A stretch of 64,000 bases of DNA from Bacteroidota bacterium (GCA_043747595.1 JAYTOX010000021.1:1371-65370), one strand, 5' to 3'. Numbered from the stretch's first letter, positions 28,605-39,608 are shown. The notes: generated by a model not told the origin, from the letters alone. Numbers and translations are program-made.

Positions 28605-28759
28605 GCGGTTTTAGTTATAGGTGAATAAATTCTATTGCTGTTTGTGATTGCAAAGCTATTCAAAAAATCAGATGATAAAAGTCGGAAAATGTCACAAAGA
28701 AACAGTACCGTGACACGTAAATTGATGTTCTTTTCATAGCTTCGCACAAAAAACAATCT

Positions 28760-29836
28760 ATGTACTATCTACATTTTTTGCGTGCCTGTTTATTGTTAAT
28801 TGTCATTAACACTTCCATTTTCGGACAAGAGAATGCTAAGCCCATAAAGCCAGATACAACAACTCATTTTCCACAAGAAATACATTTATCGGATATTCGT
28901 CAATTGACATTTGGAGGCGATAATGCCGAAGCTTATTATAGTTTCGACAGTAAAAAAATTGTGTTTCAAATGACAAACACCGATTTTAACGCAGTGTGTG
29001 ATCAAATTTTTTATTCTGATTTGAATGTATTCAATCCGAAAATGGTAAGTACAGGGGCAGGACGGACGACTTGCTCTTATTTCCTGCCGGGCGACACAAC
29101 TATTATTTATGCCAGTACGCATTTGTCAGGTAAAGATTGTCCCCCTAAACCCGCTCCTAGAGCAGATCATAAATATGTTTGGCCGGTTTATGAAAGTTTC
29201 GACATTTTTATGGCTGATTTAAATGGAAAAATTATTAAGCAACTTACAAATGTGAAAGGGTATGATGCAGAAGCTACCGTGAGTCCTAAAGGTGACAAAA
29301 TAGTTTTTACCAGTACCAGAAACGGCGACCTAGATCTTTACACTATGAATATAGATGGCAGTAATGTAAAACAGATCACGAATGAATTGGGCTATGACGG
29401 AGGTGCATTTTTTTCGCCAGATGGAAAAAAATTAATCTTCAGAGCTTCACGTCCCACTTCTAAAGAAGAAATTGAGACGTATAAAAATTTACTAGCTCAA
29501 GGATTAGTAATGCCTGTTGAGATGGAACTTTTTACATGTAATGTAGATGGAAGCGATTTGCATCAGGTTACGCACTTGGGTAATGCAAACTGGGCACCTT
29601 TTTTTACACCTGATGGGAAAAAGGTAATCTTCTCGAGCAATCATTTAACAGGTGGCTATCATTTCAATTTGTGGATGTGCGATTTAAATGGTGAGCAATT
29701 AGAACAAATATCGTTTGATAAAACATTCGATGCCTTTCCTGTTTTCTCGCCCGACGGTAAGCATCTTATCTTTTCATCGAACCGCAATAACAAAGGTGGC
29801 CACGATACAAATTTGTTTTATGCTACTTTCAAATAA
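28760..29836 (+). CDS. TolB-like PD40-repeat beta-propeller protein
   Basis: Signal peptide and repeated 'SPDGKKLIF/SPKGDKIVF/TPDGKKVIF' units. Confidence 0.85.
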   Translation: MYYLHFLRACLLLIVINTSIFGQENAKPIKPDTTTHFPQEIHLSDIRQLTFGGDNAEAYYSFDSKKIVFQMTNTDFNAVCDQIFYSDLNVFNPKMVSTGAGRTTCSYFLPGDTTIIYASTHLSGKDCPPKPAPRADHKYVWPVYESFDIFMADLNGKIIKQLTNVKGYDAEATVSPKGDKIVFTSTRNGDLDLYTMNIDGSNVKQITNELGYDGGAFFSPDGKKLIFRASRPTSKEEIETYKNLLAQGLVMPVEMELFTCNVDGSDLHQVTHLGNANWAPFFTPDGKKVIFSSNHLTGGYHFNLWMCDLNGEQLEQISFDKTFDAFPVFSPDGKHLIFSSNRNNKGGHDTNLFYATFK

Positions 29837-30053
29837 GGAAATTCAAAAATATTTTTGTCCCTCTCCTTTTTGCTCAAATAAGTGGTACTCAATTAATTCA
29901 ATTTGATTATTACAACAAGAATTAAATTATTCTTTATAATAATTTAGGACGTATTCAAGTAGATTGTTGGTTCTAAGAAGTTCTCTAATTATTTTTATCT
30001 TTGAATGAAAGTTGGTCGCTTGAAATTAAGCTGTTTTATTATCATGTTACTTT

Positions 30054-31112
30054 ATGAAACCAGGAAGAATTTTATTAATAGTTATTGTAATCTTTTTTGG
30101 GGTTGTTATTTTTTTGAATAAATGCCAACACCCATCATCATCTGATAAAAATAATAAAATCGCATCAGCGCCTGCTCTTTCGGTTGATGTTGTAGTTGCC
30201 CAAAATCAAAAATTAGAATACCCAATTTATTCTAACGGAACTCTTTTATCAAATGAAGAAGTAGAATTAAAAAACGAAATAGCAGGTAGAGTTGTTAAGA
30301 TTAATTTTAAAGAAGGAGCCTTTGTAAAGCGGGGTTCATTATTAGTGAAATTGTATGATAACGATCTTCAAAGTCAACTTAAAAAATTATTATTTCAAGA
30401 AGAGCTAGCTCAAAAGATCGAATTGCGTCAAAAAGATCTTTTATCTGTTAATGGAATCTCTCAACAAGACTATGAGATTTCTCAAAATGAATTGAATACT
30501 TTTAAAGCTGACATTGAAATATTAAAAACCGCTATTTCTAAAACTGAAATCAAAGCACCTTTCGACGGAAAAATTGGGCTCAAAAATATTTCTGAAGGAG
30601 CCTTTCTTCAAGTAAATTCTACCATAGCAACTTTCTATGATATTGATCCAATAAAAGTTGAATTTTCAATCCCTGAAAAATTTTTACATCAAGTCAATTA
30701 TGAAAGCCCTATTTTTTTTACTACCTCATCGGACACTTTAGTTTACAATGCAAAGATTTATGCAATTGAACCTGAAATTGAAATTTCAAATCGAAGTTTA
30801 AAAATCAGAGCAAAGACATCTAATAGTGAACTTAAATTATTACCAGGTGAATTTGCAAAGATTACTATTCCGCTGAAAACAATTCCTTCTACTATATTAA
30901 TTCCAACTCAATCATTAATTCCAGAATTGTCAGGTCAGAGCGTTTATATTTCTGTACAAGGAATGGCAAGAAAAATTAGCGTAGAAACAGGGATGAGATT
31001 CGATTCTACAGTTGAAATAGTGAAAGGAATTCACGCAGGCGACACTATCCTTACCTCCGGAATGATGCAGGTTAGACCAAAGATGCCTCTTAAAATTAAT
31101 ATTACTCAATAA
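30054..31112 (+). CDS. RND efflux periplasmic adaptor (MFP)
   Basis: N-terminal TM, lipoyl motifs 'G.V.KI.F.EG..VK.G' and 'I.APFDG.IG', with a coiled hairpin. Confidence 0.92.
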   Translation: MKPGRILLIVIVIFFGVVIFLNKCQHPSSSDKNNKIASAPALSVDVVVAQNQKLEYPIYSNGTLLSNEEVELKNEIAGRVVKINFKEGAFVKRGSLLVKLYDNDLQSQLKKLLFQEELAQKIELRQKDLLSVNGISQQDYEISQNELNTFKADIEILKTAISKTEIKAPFDGKIGLKNISEGAFLQVNSTIATFYDIDPIKVEFSIPEKFLHQVNYESPIFFTTSSDTLVYNAKIYAIEPEIEISNRSLKIRAKTSNSELKLLPGEFAKITIPLKTIPSTILIPTQSLIPELSGQSVYISVQGMARKISVETGMRFDSTVEIVKGIHAGDTILTSGMMQVRPKMPLKINITQ

Positions 31113-31129
31113 CTCGGTAATTTAAAATA

Positions 31130-34100
31130 ATGTCATTAAGTTCAATTAGTATCAGACGTCCAGTTATGGCGATGGTGTTTTCAATCATCATCATGTTGTT
31201 TGGTGCAATAGGATTTAATTTTTTAGGTGTAAGAGAATATCCATCTATTGATCCCCCAATTATTACAGTACGCACCGCCTATACCGGAGCGAGTTCTCAG
31301 GTAATTGAGTCGCAGATTACCGAACCTTTAGAAAAAGCAATCAATGGAATTGCCGGGATTCGCTCCATTTCTTCTGCAAGTAATCAGGGCACAAGTAATA
31401 TTACAGTTGAATTTAACCTCGATGTGGATCTTGAAGCTGCGGCAAATGATGTTCGCGACAAGGTTTCGCAGGCTGTTCGCCAATTGCCTCAAGACATAGA
31501 TGCTCCACCTGTTGTTACTAAATCGGATGCAAACAGTGATGCAATTTTATCTATGACGATCGAGAGCACCACTAAAAATCAAATGCAAGTGAGTGATTAC
31601 GCAGCGAACGTATTACTTGAACGATTGCAAACAATTCCAGGTGTAAGTACCATTCAGATTTGGGGAGAAAAAAAATATGCCATGCGAATTTGGCTAAACC
31701 CTTCCCTTCTCGCTGCCTATCGTTTAACGCCAATGGATATTCAAAATGCATTGAATCGAGAAAATGTTGAATTGCCCGGAGGTAAAATTACTGGTCAAGC
31801 AACAGATCTTACCATTAATACTATGGGCAAATTGGTAACTGAAGACGATTTTAATAATTTGATCATATCTTCAAATAATGGTGTAACAGTTCGACTCAAA
31901 GATGTTGCAACGGCGCAGCTCGGTCCGGAAAATGATGAAACAATATTAAAACAGTCAGGTACACCAATGATAGGATTAGGAATTGTACCACAACCGGGTT
32001 CAAATTATATTGAGATAGCAGATGAATTTTATAAACGGTATGATCAACTCAAAAGAGAACTTCCAAAAGATTTTAAATTAGATATTGCCTTAGACAATAC
32101 AAAATTTATTCGCCAGTCTATCGGTGAAGTTGAGGAAACACTTCTGATTGCATTTTTATTAGTTGTACTTATTATTTACTTGTTCTTCCGTGATTGGTTA
32201 ATAGCCTTACGACCACTAATTGATATTCCTGTTTCTTTAATTGGTGCATTTTTCATTATGTATGTTTCAGGTTTTAGCATTAACATACTTACTTTACTAG
32301 CTATTGTACTTGCTACAGGTTTAGTTGTTGATGACGGAATTGTAGTCACGGAAAATATTTTTAAAAAAATAGAGGGTGGTATGGAACCTAAAGAAGCGGC
32401 TATAAAAGGTTCGAATGAAATTTTCTTTGCGGTAATTTCCACTTCACTTACACTCGCTGTTGTTTTTATACCCATCATTTTCTTACAAGGCTTTGTCGGT
32501 CGATTGTTTAGAGAATTTGGGATTGTAATGGCCGGCGCCATATTAATTTCGGCATTTGTGTCACTTTCTCTTACTCCTGTTTTAAATGTAAAGCTTGCCA
32601 GAAGAAATCAAAAACATTCACGCTTTTATAATTTGACTGAACCATTCTTTGAACAAATGACAGAAAAGTATAAAGCGTCATTAACAGCTTTTATCAATGT
32701 AAGGAAATGGGCGTGGTATATTTTAGGAGCTACGGTGTTGATGATTTATTTTATTGGAACAAATCTTCCTTCTGAATTAGCGCCACTAGAAGATCGGAAC
32801 CTGATTCGATTATCTGTTAGCGCTCCTGAAGGAACTAGTTATGGTTACATGGATAATTTTATGGATCGTTTGGTGAATTTTGTAAATGATTCAATCCCTG
32901 AAAAACGAATAGCATTAAGTGTGACAGCTCCAGGTTTTACAGGATCCGGTGCGGTTAATTCAGGATTTATGAGAATTGCATTGAAAGATCCGAATGAACG
33001 AAATAAAAGTCAACAGCAAGTTGCTGACTACATCAACAAAAATATGAAGTACTTTCCGGAAGGAAAAGTTTTTGCTTTGCAGGAACAAACAATAGGCGCC
33101 GGTGGTGCTTCACGAATTGGTTTACCTGTTCAGTTTGTACTCTTAGCTCCTAATTTCGAAAAGCTCAAAGAAGTGCTTCCTAAGTTTATTGATGCTGTGA
33201 ATAAGAATCCGGTATTTCAAGGTGTCGATGTAAATTTAAAATTCAATAAACCTGAATTAAATATTTCAATTAATCGCGATCGAGCTGCTGAACTTGGTGT
33301 TTCAGTCAACGACATTGCTCAAACGCTTCAATACTCCTATAGCGGTCGTAGAATGTCATATTTTACAATGAGTGGCAAGCAATACCAAGTTATTGCTCAA
33401 GTTAAACGAAGCGACCGTAACGAGCCCATCGACCTCCGTTCACTTTATGTGAAAAACAATAATGGTCAACTTATCCAGCTCGACAATGTTATAAATGTAA
33501 AAGAAGAAAGTAGTCCGCCGCAATTATATCATTACAATCGATATAAATCGGCTACAATTTCTGCCGGATTAGCATCAGGAAAAACGATTGGCGATGGAAT
33601 TGATGAAATGAATCGAATAGCGAAGAATGTTATCGACGATTCATTTTCAACAGCTCTCACCGGACCATCACGGGATTTTGTTGAATCAGGATCAAATATA
33701 CTTTTTGCTTTCCTCCTTGCAATCGTTTTAATCTATTTGATACTAGCGGCTCAGTTTGAAAGTTTTATTGATCCATTCATTATCATGATTACGGTGCCTT
33801 TGGCTTTGGGCGGAGCCGTACTTTCTTTATGGCTATTCAATCAATCATTAAATATTTTTAGTCAGATTGGAATTATTATGCTTATTGGTTTGGTTACCAA
33901 AAACGGAATTTTAATTGTCGATTTTGCAAACAAAAGAAGAGCTGCCGGACTTTCAATGAACGAGGCAGTAATCGATGCTTCAACAAATCGCTTACGTCCT
34001 ATTTTAATGACCAGCATTGCTACTATTTTAGGTGCACTGCCAATTGCAATTGGTTTGGGTAACGGTGCTCACAGTCGTATACCTATGGGAATCGTAGTTG

Positions 34101-34195
34101 TTGGCGGTTTATTATTTTCACTTGTGCTTACATTGTATGTAATACCTGCTATATATACCTTCATTTCTAGAAAAAAGATAAATGAAACGAACTAA
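31130..34195 (+). CDS. RND efflux permease (AcrB/HAE1 family)
   Basis: 1021 aa; 'SIRRPV', 'GLVVDDGIVV.EN', 'KNGILIVD' and 'RLRPILMT'. Confidence 0.95.
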   Translation: MSLSSISIRRPVMAMVFSIIIMLFGAIGFNFLGVREYPSIDPPIITVRTAYTGASSQVIESQITEPLEKAINGIAGIRSISSASNQGTSNITVEFNLDVDLEAAANDVRDKVSQAVRQLPQDIDAPPVVTKSDANSDAILSMTIESTTKNQMQVSDYAANVLLERLQTIPGVSTIQIWGEKKYAMRIWLNPSLLAAYRLTPMDIQNALNRENVELPGGKITGQATDLTINTMGKLVTEDDFNNLIISSNNGVTVRLKDVATAQLGPENDETILKQSGTPMIGLGIVPQPGSNYIEIADEFYKRYDQLKRELPKDFKLDIALDNTKFIRQSIGEVEETLLIAFLLVVLIIYLFFRDWLIALRPLIDIPVSLIGAFFIMYVSGFSINILTLLAIVLATGLVVDDGIVVTENIFKKIEGGMEPKEAAIKGSNEIFFAVISTSLTLAVVFIPIIFLQGFVGRLFREFGIVMAGAILISAFVSLSLTPVLNVKLARRNQKHSRFYNLTEPFFEQMTEKYKASLTAFINVRKWAWYILGATVLMIYFIGTNLPSELAPLEDRNLIRLSVSAPEGTSYGYMDNFMDRLVNFVNDSIPEKRIALSVTAPGFTGSGAVNSGFMRIALKDPNERNKSQQQVADYINKNMKYFPEGKVFALQEQTIGAGGASRIGLPVQFVLLAPNFEKLKEVLPKFIDAVNKNPVFQGVDVNLKFNKPELNISINRDRAAELGVSVNDIAQTLQYSYSGRRMSYFTMSGKQYQVIAQVKRSDRNEPIDLRSLYVKNNNGQLIQLDNVINVKEESSPPQLYHYNRYKSATISAGLASGKTIGDGIDEMNRIAKNVIDDSFSTALTGPSRDFVESGSNILFAFLLAIVLIYLILAAQFESFIDPFIIMITVPLALGGAVLSLWLFNQSLNIFSQIGIIMLIGLVTKNGILIVDFANKRRAAGLSMNEAVIDASTNRLRPILMTSIATILGALPIAIGLGNGAHSRIPMGIVVVGGLLFSLVLTLYVIPAIYTFISRKKINETN

Positions 34196-35486
34196 CTTGC
34201 TTCTTTTCTTATTTTTAATTTCATTTTGTGTTAATGCTCAAGGAGTACTTACTATTGAACAAGCAATAAGTATTGGTTTAGAAAATAATTTTGATGTACG
34301 TATAGTAAAAAATAATTTAGACGTTAATCAAAACAATAATTCTCTTGGCAATGCAGGGATGTTACCTTCTTTGGATCTCAATGGAAGTTACGCCGAGTCG
34401 ACAACAAATCTGAAGCAAAATTTTTTTACAGGATCAGAAGTGAATAAAGATGGTTCCGTTTCGAAAAATTATGCGATGGATCTAGCTCTCAACTGGGTGA
34501 TATTTGATGGAATGAAAATGTTTTTCACAAAAGACAAATTGAGTAAATTGTCGTCTTACTCTGAAAAGCAATTAAAGATTCAGATGGAGAATACTATGGA
34601 AGAAATAATTTCTGTTTATTATTCAATCATCAGAAATAATCAATTAGTTTCCGCAACGCAACAAGAACTTGATTTTTCGAATACACGGCTCAGTATTACA
34701 GATCAAAAAATGAAAAATGGTTCAGGATCAAAATATGAATACCTTCAAACAAAAGCAGATTATAACAAACAAAAATCGGTCGTGTTATCTGCTAAATCTG
34801 ATGCAGAGTCAGCAAAAATTAAATTGAACCAACTTTTAGCACGACCACTTACAACAGAATTTTTTCCTTCCGATACGGTAATCATCAATTATTTTCCTGA
34901 TATCAACGAACTCACTTCGCAAATTTCCGTTAATTCATCAATTGGCTTGTATGAGATAAATCAAAATATTAGTGAACTCAGTTTAAAAGAAACAAAAGCA
35001 ATACGTTCTCCCAAAATTTCGTTGAATAGTCATTACTTTCAAAATAAAGTTACGAGCGATGCCGGTTTCACGCTTCTGAATCAAAACTCCGGTTACACTT
35101 TTGGAGTTACTGCCACACTTCCTTTGTTTCATGGTTTTAATACCAACCGACAAATTTCTAATTCTAAAATTGATTTACTCAGTGCTCGATTGGAATTGCA
35201 ACGCATCAAAAGTGAAGTTAATGGAGACATGTTAAATGCCTTTCGCGAATTTATTACTCAGAAAGAAATACTTGATTTAGAAGAAGCCAATATTATTATT
35301 GCTAGAGAAATTTATCATATTGCACAAGAGCGTTATAAATTAGGAACTATTAATGTAACTGAACTTCAAGATGTGCAACGACTTTTTGAAGAAGCACTTT
35401 TGAGATTGGTTGATGCGCGATATACTGCAAAAATTAAGGAAACTTCATTGAAGAAAGTGGCAAATCAACTTATTATTGCAAAATAA
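34182..35486 (+). CDS. TolC family outer-membrane efflux protein
   Basis: Signal peptide, 'LTIEQAI...LENN', two OEP repeats, and third position in the RND operon. Confidence 0.9.
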   Translation: MKRTNLLLFLFLISFCVNAQGVLTIEQAISIGLENNFDVRIVKNNLDVNQNNNSLGNAGMLPSLDLNGSYAESTTNLKQNFFTGSEVNKDGSVSKNYAMDLALNWVIFDGMKMFFTKDKLSKLSSYSEKQLKIQMENTMEEIISVYYSIIRNNQLVSATQQELDFSNTRLSITDQKMKNGSGSKYEYLQTKADYNKQKSVVLSAKSDAESAKIKLNQLLARPLTTEFFPSDTVIINYFPDINELTSQISVNSSIGLYEINQNISELSLKETKAIRSPKISLNSHYFQNKVTSDAGFTLLNQNSGYTFGVTATLPLFHGFNTNRQISNSKIDLLSARLELQRIKSEVNGDMLNAFREFITQKEILDLEEANIIIAREIYHIAQERYKLGTINVTELQDVQRLFEEALLRLVDARYTAKIKETSLKKVANQLIIAK

Positions 35487-35502
35487 AACTTATTTTGTAG
35501 CT

Positions 35503-36678
35503 ATGAACTCTCTTCAGTCAAAAAATACATTTTTAAGTGAAACTTTCGGAAATTTTTTTTCTAGCCAAAAGGTATCAGGTTTGATTTTGCTTTGTGCAAC
35601 CCTATCAAGTCTTTATATTGCTAATTCAAATTACTCAAATCAATATTGTGCTTTTTGGGAAAAGGAAATTTCGCTAACCAGTACGGTACATTTTTCTATT
35701 TTGCATTTTATTAACGAGGGATTAATGACCATTTTCTTTTTCTTAGTTGGTCTAGAAATAAAACGAGAACTAAGAGATGGTGAATTAAAGGGATTCGAAA
35801 AAGCATCTATTCCTGTTAGCGCTGCTTTGGGCGGTATGCTTTTCCCGGCACTTATCTATTCATATTTTAATTATGGATCGTCTACTTCAAATGGATGGGG
35901 AATTCCCTTGGCGACCGATATAGCTTTTGCTATTGGTGTTATATCTATTTTAGGAAATCGAATTTCTAATACTGCAAAAGTATTTATCACTGCGCTGGCA
36001 GTTGTTGATGACCTAGGTGCTGTTTTAATCATTGCGATATACTATTCTGCTTCCTTGAAAATATTTTACTTATTAATTTCTACTTTTATCATGATGCTTT
36101 TGATTTTCTTAAATCAAAAAAACGTTGAGAATGGATTTATTTATATATTTCTTGGAATGTTACTTTGGTTTTGCGTATTCTCTTCAGGCATTCACTCTAC
36201 TTTGGCCGGAGTTCTTCTTGCTGCTACAATTCCTTTCAAAGGGAAGAGCGATTCTTTATTGCAGAAGTTTGAGCAAGCATTGCATAAGCCGGTCAATTTA
36301 TTAATTATGCCAATTTTTGCAATGGCTAATACTGCAATTGTAATAAATGGTGGATTTATCAATCACATTCAAACGGATGAAGGCTTGGGCATTATTTTCG
36401 GTCTGGCATTGGGAAAACCAATTGGCATTACTCTATTCGTATTGCTTACTCTGTTTATTTTGAAACGGAAAATGCCCGATGGAATGAATTTAAAAACTCT
36501 GATTGGTCTAGGTTTCTTAGCTGGAATAGGCTTTACAATGTCAATATTTATTTCGATGCTTGCTTTTAAAGACCAAGGATTCATTGCAAATGCAAAAATA
36601 TCGATCATGTTTGCTAGTTTTTTATCAGGTGTTATTGGTTATGTTTTGTTGAATTTATTTAATAAAAAAAATGGTTGA
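35503..36678 (+). CDS. nhaA: Na+/H+ antiporter NhaA
   Basis: 'FFFLVGLEIKRE', 'ATDIAF', 'VVDDLG', 'GKPIG' and 'GIGFTMSIF'. ATG at 35503. Confidence 0.95.
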   Translation: MNSLQSKNTFLSETFGNFFSSQKVSGLILLCATLSSLYIANSNYSNQYCAFWEKEISLTSTVHFSILHFINEGLMTIFFFLVGLEIKRELRDGELKGFEKASIPVSAALGGMLFPALIYSYFNYGSSTSNGWGIPLATDIAFAIGVISILGNRISNTAKVFITALAVVDDLGAVLIIAIYYSASLKIFYLLISTFIMMLLIFLNQKNVENGFIYIFLGMLLWFCVFSSGIHSTLAGVLLAATIPFKGKSDSLLQKFEQALHKPVNLLIMPIFAMANTAIVINGGFINHIQTDEGLGIIFGLALGKPIGITLFVLLTLFILKRKMPDGMNLKTLIGLGFLAGIGFTMSIFISMLAFKDQGFIANAKISIMFASFLSGVIGYVLLNLFNKKNG

Positions 36679-37321
36679 TTTTGTAGAGTTCTCAGGCCAA
36701 TTAAGAAAACCTTCGGGCATTGGTGCTAAGCAAGTGACAAATTTTATGGCTAAGGCTAACATGCAGATGTACGATTTCGTTCTGTCGAAAATTAATTTTT
36801 TTTCCGGAATGAAAATTCTCGAACTTGGAATGGCCGATGGGTTTTTCGTTAACAAATTCTTTGGGCTTGAAAGTGATATTGCTTACGTCGGAGTCGATTA
36901 TTCGACCGATATGGTGGATGAAGCGAAAAAATTAAATGAAGAGTTGAGAAAAATACATGACATACAATTTAAAGAAGGAAATATTTCTGCACTTGAAATT
37001 TATAATAATGCTTTCGATACGTTTCTTACTATCAATACTCATTATTTTTGGGAAAACTTAAGTGAAGGAATCAGTGAAATGCTTCGAGTTGTTAAACCGA
37101 AAGGCCAATTTATAATTTGTGGCAGAACAATGGAAAGTATGAAATTGCTTCCTTTTACACAATGTGGCTTTGCTCATTATTCTAATGAAACTCTACAAGA
37201 GCATTTTGATATTTCTAAAATTGCTGATTTTAAGTTTGAAACGTTTACAGAAAAAATTACACTACCAAATGGAGAACAAACGGAATTGGTGAATTTCTGT
37301 GCATTTGGAATAAAAGTATAA
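36671..37321 (+). CDS. Class I SAM-dependent methyltransferase
   Basis: 'QLRKPSG..', motif I 'ILELGMADG', 'GVDYS', 'FDTFLTINTHYFW' and 'RVVKPKG'. Confidence 0.85.
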   Translation: MVDFVEFSGQLRKPSGIGAKQVTNFMAKANMQMYDFVLSKINFFSGMKILELGMADGFFVNKFFGLESDIAYVGVDYSTDMVDEAKKLNEELRKIHDIQFKEGNISALEIYNNAFDTFLTINTHYFWENLSEGISEMLRVVKPKGQFIICGRTMESMKLLPFTQCGFAHYSNETLQEHFDISKIADFKFETFTEKITLPNGEQTELVNFCAFGIKV

Positions 37322-37351
37322 AAGTTATATTATTGAATTATATTTGAAATA

Positions 37352-37783
37352 ATGAAATTGATCTCCCTCTACTTTGCTGCGTTTCTTCTAACCAACAGCA
37401 TCTCTGCACAGAAAGTTACAAAGCTTACTATTACTGATAATTTAAGTGCATCTAGTCGTTTTTCCTATGGGAAAGCAAAGCCTGCGCCTGCTAGAGATCA
37501 TTTTTATATTCTTTCTGATAAAGGAACTCAGGTTTTATTCTATGTCGAATTGAATTCAACTGATTCACTAAATTTGAGAAATCCCAGCCTTAAATTTACT
37601 GCTTACAAAACTGATTCCGGTAAAGATGAATGGGTAGATGATCGTGTAATTGATATTAAAATTGGTAGTACTTATGTTATGACTGCATTCAATTTTTCAT
37701 CGATTGGTAATTATAAAATTATTATTGGTCCGGAAATTGGCAATGAAATTTTAGCAGAAGGCACTTTTATTATTACAAAATAA
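37352..37783 (+). CDS. Hypothetical exported beta-rich protein
   Basis: Signal peptide ending ISAQ; preceded by a TATATTTG box. Confidence 0.6.
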   Translation: MKLISLYFAAFLLTNSISAQKVTKLTITDNLSASSRFSYGKAKPAPARDHFYILSDKGTQVLFYVELNSTDSLNLRNPSLKFTAYKTDSGKDEWVDDRVIDIKIGSTYVMTAFNFSSIGNYKIIIGPEIGNEILAEGTFIITK

Positions 37784-37872
37784 AGCAAACTTTAAGAGTC
37801 CATTTTTGTTTACTAAAAATGATAAGTAGATTCGAACGAATAATTTTAAAGTTTATAAAAAGGTAAAATTGA

Positions 37873-38412
37873 ATGGAAATAGAAATTGCAACAGTAGGTG
37901 GTGGATGTTTTTGGTGCACTGAAGCACAGTTCCTCTTATTAGATGGTGTATTATCTGTTCAATCGGGTTATTCTGGTGGAAAAATAAAAAATCCTTCTTA
38001 CAGAGAAGTCTGCTTAGGAATTACCGGGCATGCTGAAGTAATACAGGTTTCGTTCGATGCAAGCAAGCTCTCTTATACCGATATTCTCAAAGCATTCTTT
38101 GAATCGCACGATCCCACACAATTAAATAGACAAGGAAATGATGTTGGAACACAATATCGATCCGTAATCTATTACCACTCCAACGAGCAAAAAGCTATTG
38201 CATCAAGAATAATTTCTGAGTTGAATGATTCAAAGGTTTACTCTTATCCGATCGTGACTGAACTTTCACCCTTTACAGTTTTTTACAAAGCGGATGATCA
38301 CCATCAAAATTATTACAATATGAATGGTGAACAATCCTATTGTCAGTATATTATTACACCAAAAATAGAAAAATTTAAAAAGGTGTTTAAAAATCTTTTA
38401 AAGGAAAATTAA
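37873..38412 (+). CDS. msrA: Peptide-methionine (S)-S-oxide reductase
   Basis: 'GGGCFWC', 'GYSGG', 'GHAE' and 'HDPTQLNRQGNDVGTQYRS'. Confidence 0.97.
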   Translation: MEIEIATVGGGCFWCTEAQFLLLDGVLSVQSGYSGGKIKNPSYREVCLGITGHAEVIQVSFDASKLSYTDILKAFFESHDPTQLNRQGNDVGTQYRSVIYYHSNEQKAIASRIISELNDSKVYSYPIVTELSPFTVFYKADDHHQNYYNMNGEQSYCQYIITPKIEKFKKVFKNLLKEN

Positions 38413-38696
38413 AAATAATATTCACTTGTTGATCGTATTAGATGGTCGTGGCATCAATTTTAATTGTGGATTATTATGGACAATTATTACTCATAATGCG
38501 CAATTGATTTTCTGCATGCTTTTAGGTAGATTTCATTTTTAATAAAAAACAGCTCTATTTAGAAACATTTTTAAACTAACGATTTACTTTTTAAGGCTCT
38601 AAAATCTTGTTATTGATTTTTAATCTTTACATAGAATTGTTGGCACGCTTTTTTTACATATTATAGTGAATACGTTTACTTGAAAAATACGTAACG

Positions 38697-38900
38697 ATGG
38701 AAAAGAAAAAAAATGTTTCTAATGAAAAAGGATTTGATGTGAAAGGTCGAAGTCCACAAAACCAAAAGGCTTCCGGCAATAAGAAAAATTTTATTTTCGA
38801 TTTGGTGAAATCTGAAATTAAAAAACTTCCTTCTAAAACCACCATTGAAGCTATTCAAAAATATCCGGAAGTGGTATGGAGATTCGCTAGAGACAAATAA
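38697..38900 (+). CDS. Small basic hypothetical protein (67 aa)
   Basis: ATG in A-rich context, Lys-rich, followed by a terminator. No recognisable family. Confidence 0.45.
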   Translation: MEKKKNVSNEKGFDVKGRSPQNQKASGNKKNFIFDLVKSEIKKLPSKTTIEAIQKYPEVVWRFARDK

Positions 38901-39003
38901 GTTCCACAATGAATGATCAACTAACGATGAGAGCTGTTAATCTTTTGAAAAAAATTGAAGCGTCTTGCACATTTAAATAGGTTGAACATTGTGGTAGGTA
39001 AAT

Positions 39004-39037
39004 AAAAAAAGCCGGGAAATTTATCTCTCGGCTTTTT
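39004..39037. terminator. Bidirectional intrinsic terminator
   Basis: A7-GCCGGGA-loop-TCTCGGC-T5. Confidence 0.75.
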
Positions 39038-39056
39038 CAATAATCATGTAAAGTAT

Positions 39057-39467
39057 TTACTTCGTTACTTTTTCAGGAATAGTATAATTAATAATTTGCT
39101 CTCCGTTTGTTGAATAGTAAGTCGTTTTATTCTGTTGGTCGATAAAACCCCAAACTTTAATCGTAGCAGAAGTAGACTTATCTTTTGCTATTTTTTCTGC
39201 GATAGCTGCAGGAATTGAACTTCCCGAAATTTCATAATCGTGGCGAATCACACTATCATTTGAATCATATATTTTAAAATGTTCGTTCATATCTTGGTCA
39301 TAATAATGAACGCGATAGTTTACACCATCAACCGACCAAGTAATTCGATCGGCAGTCGGATTGGTTTGTTTGAACTGATCTTGTACATGATGCGGAATTT
39401 GAGTCTGGGAAAATGCAATTCCTGTAAAACAAATTAATGTTACGATAACGAATATGATTTTTTTCAT
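39057..39467 (-). CDS. Exported PepSY-like (BLIP-like) protein
   Basis: Signal peptide and 'IP..V...F....P.A..I.W......Y' pattern. Confidence 0.6.
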   Translation of the reverse strand: MKKIIFVIVTLICFTGIAFSQTQIPHHVQDQFKQTNPTADRITWSVDGVNYRVHYYDQDMNEHFKIYDSNDSVIRHDYEISGSSIPAAIAEKIAKDKSTSATIKVWGFIDQQNKTTYYSTNGEQIINYTIPEKVTK

Positions 39468-39608
39468 TGGTCAGTATTAATATGATTATTTTTGTGTTGC
39501 TAAATTAACTATTTATTTGCTTCCAAGAATCACTTTTTGGCCAAGTATCAGTAATTCGATGTGGATATCTTGGTGGGCTCCTAATATTAACTCTAAAAGA
39601 CGGCTGAT

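Noticed and set aside
29923-29946. TAAATTATT-N6-AATAATTTA palindrome upstream of the RND operon as an operator
   Set aside because: It is all A/T in a very AT-rich spacer and no regulator gene is nearby, so chance is likely.
38909-38980. 23-codon ORF after the small basic protein, considered as a frameshifted continuation
   Set aside because: Different frame, no obvious slippery site, and too short to support.
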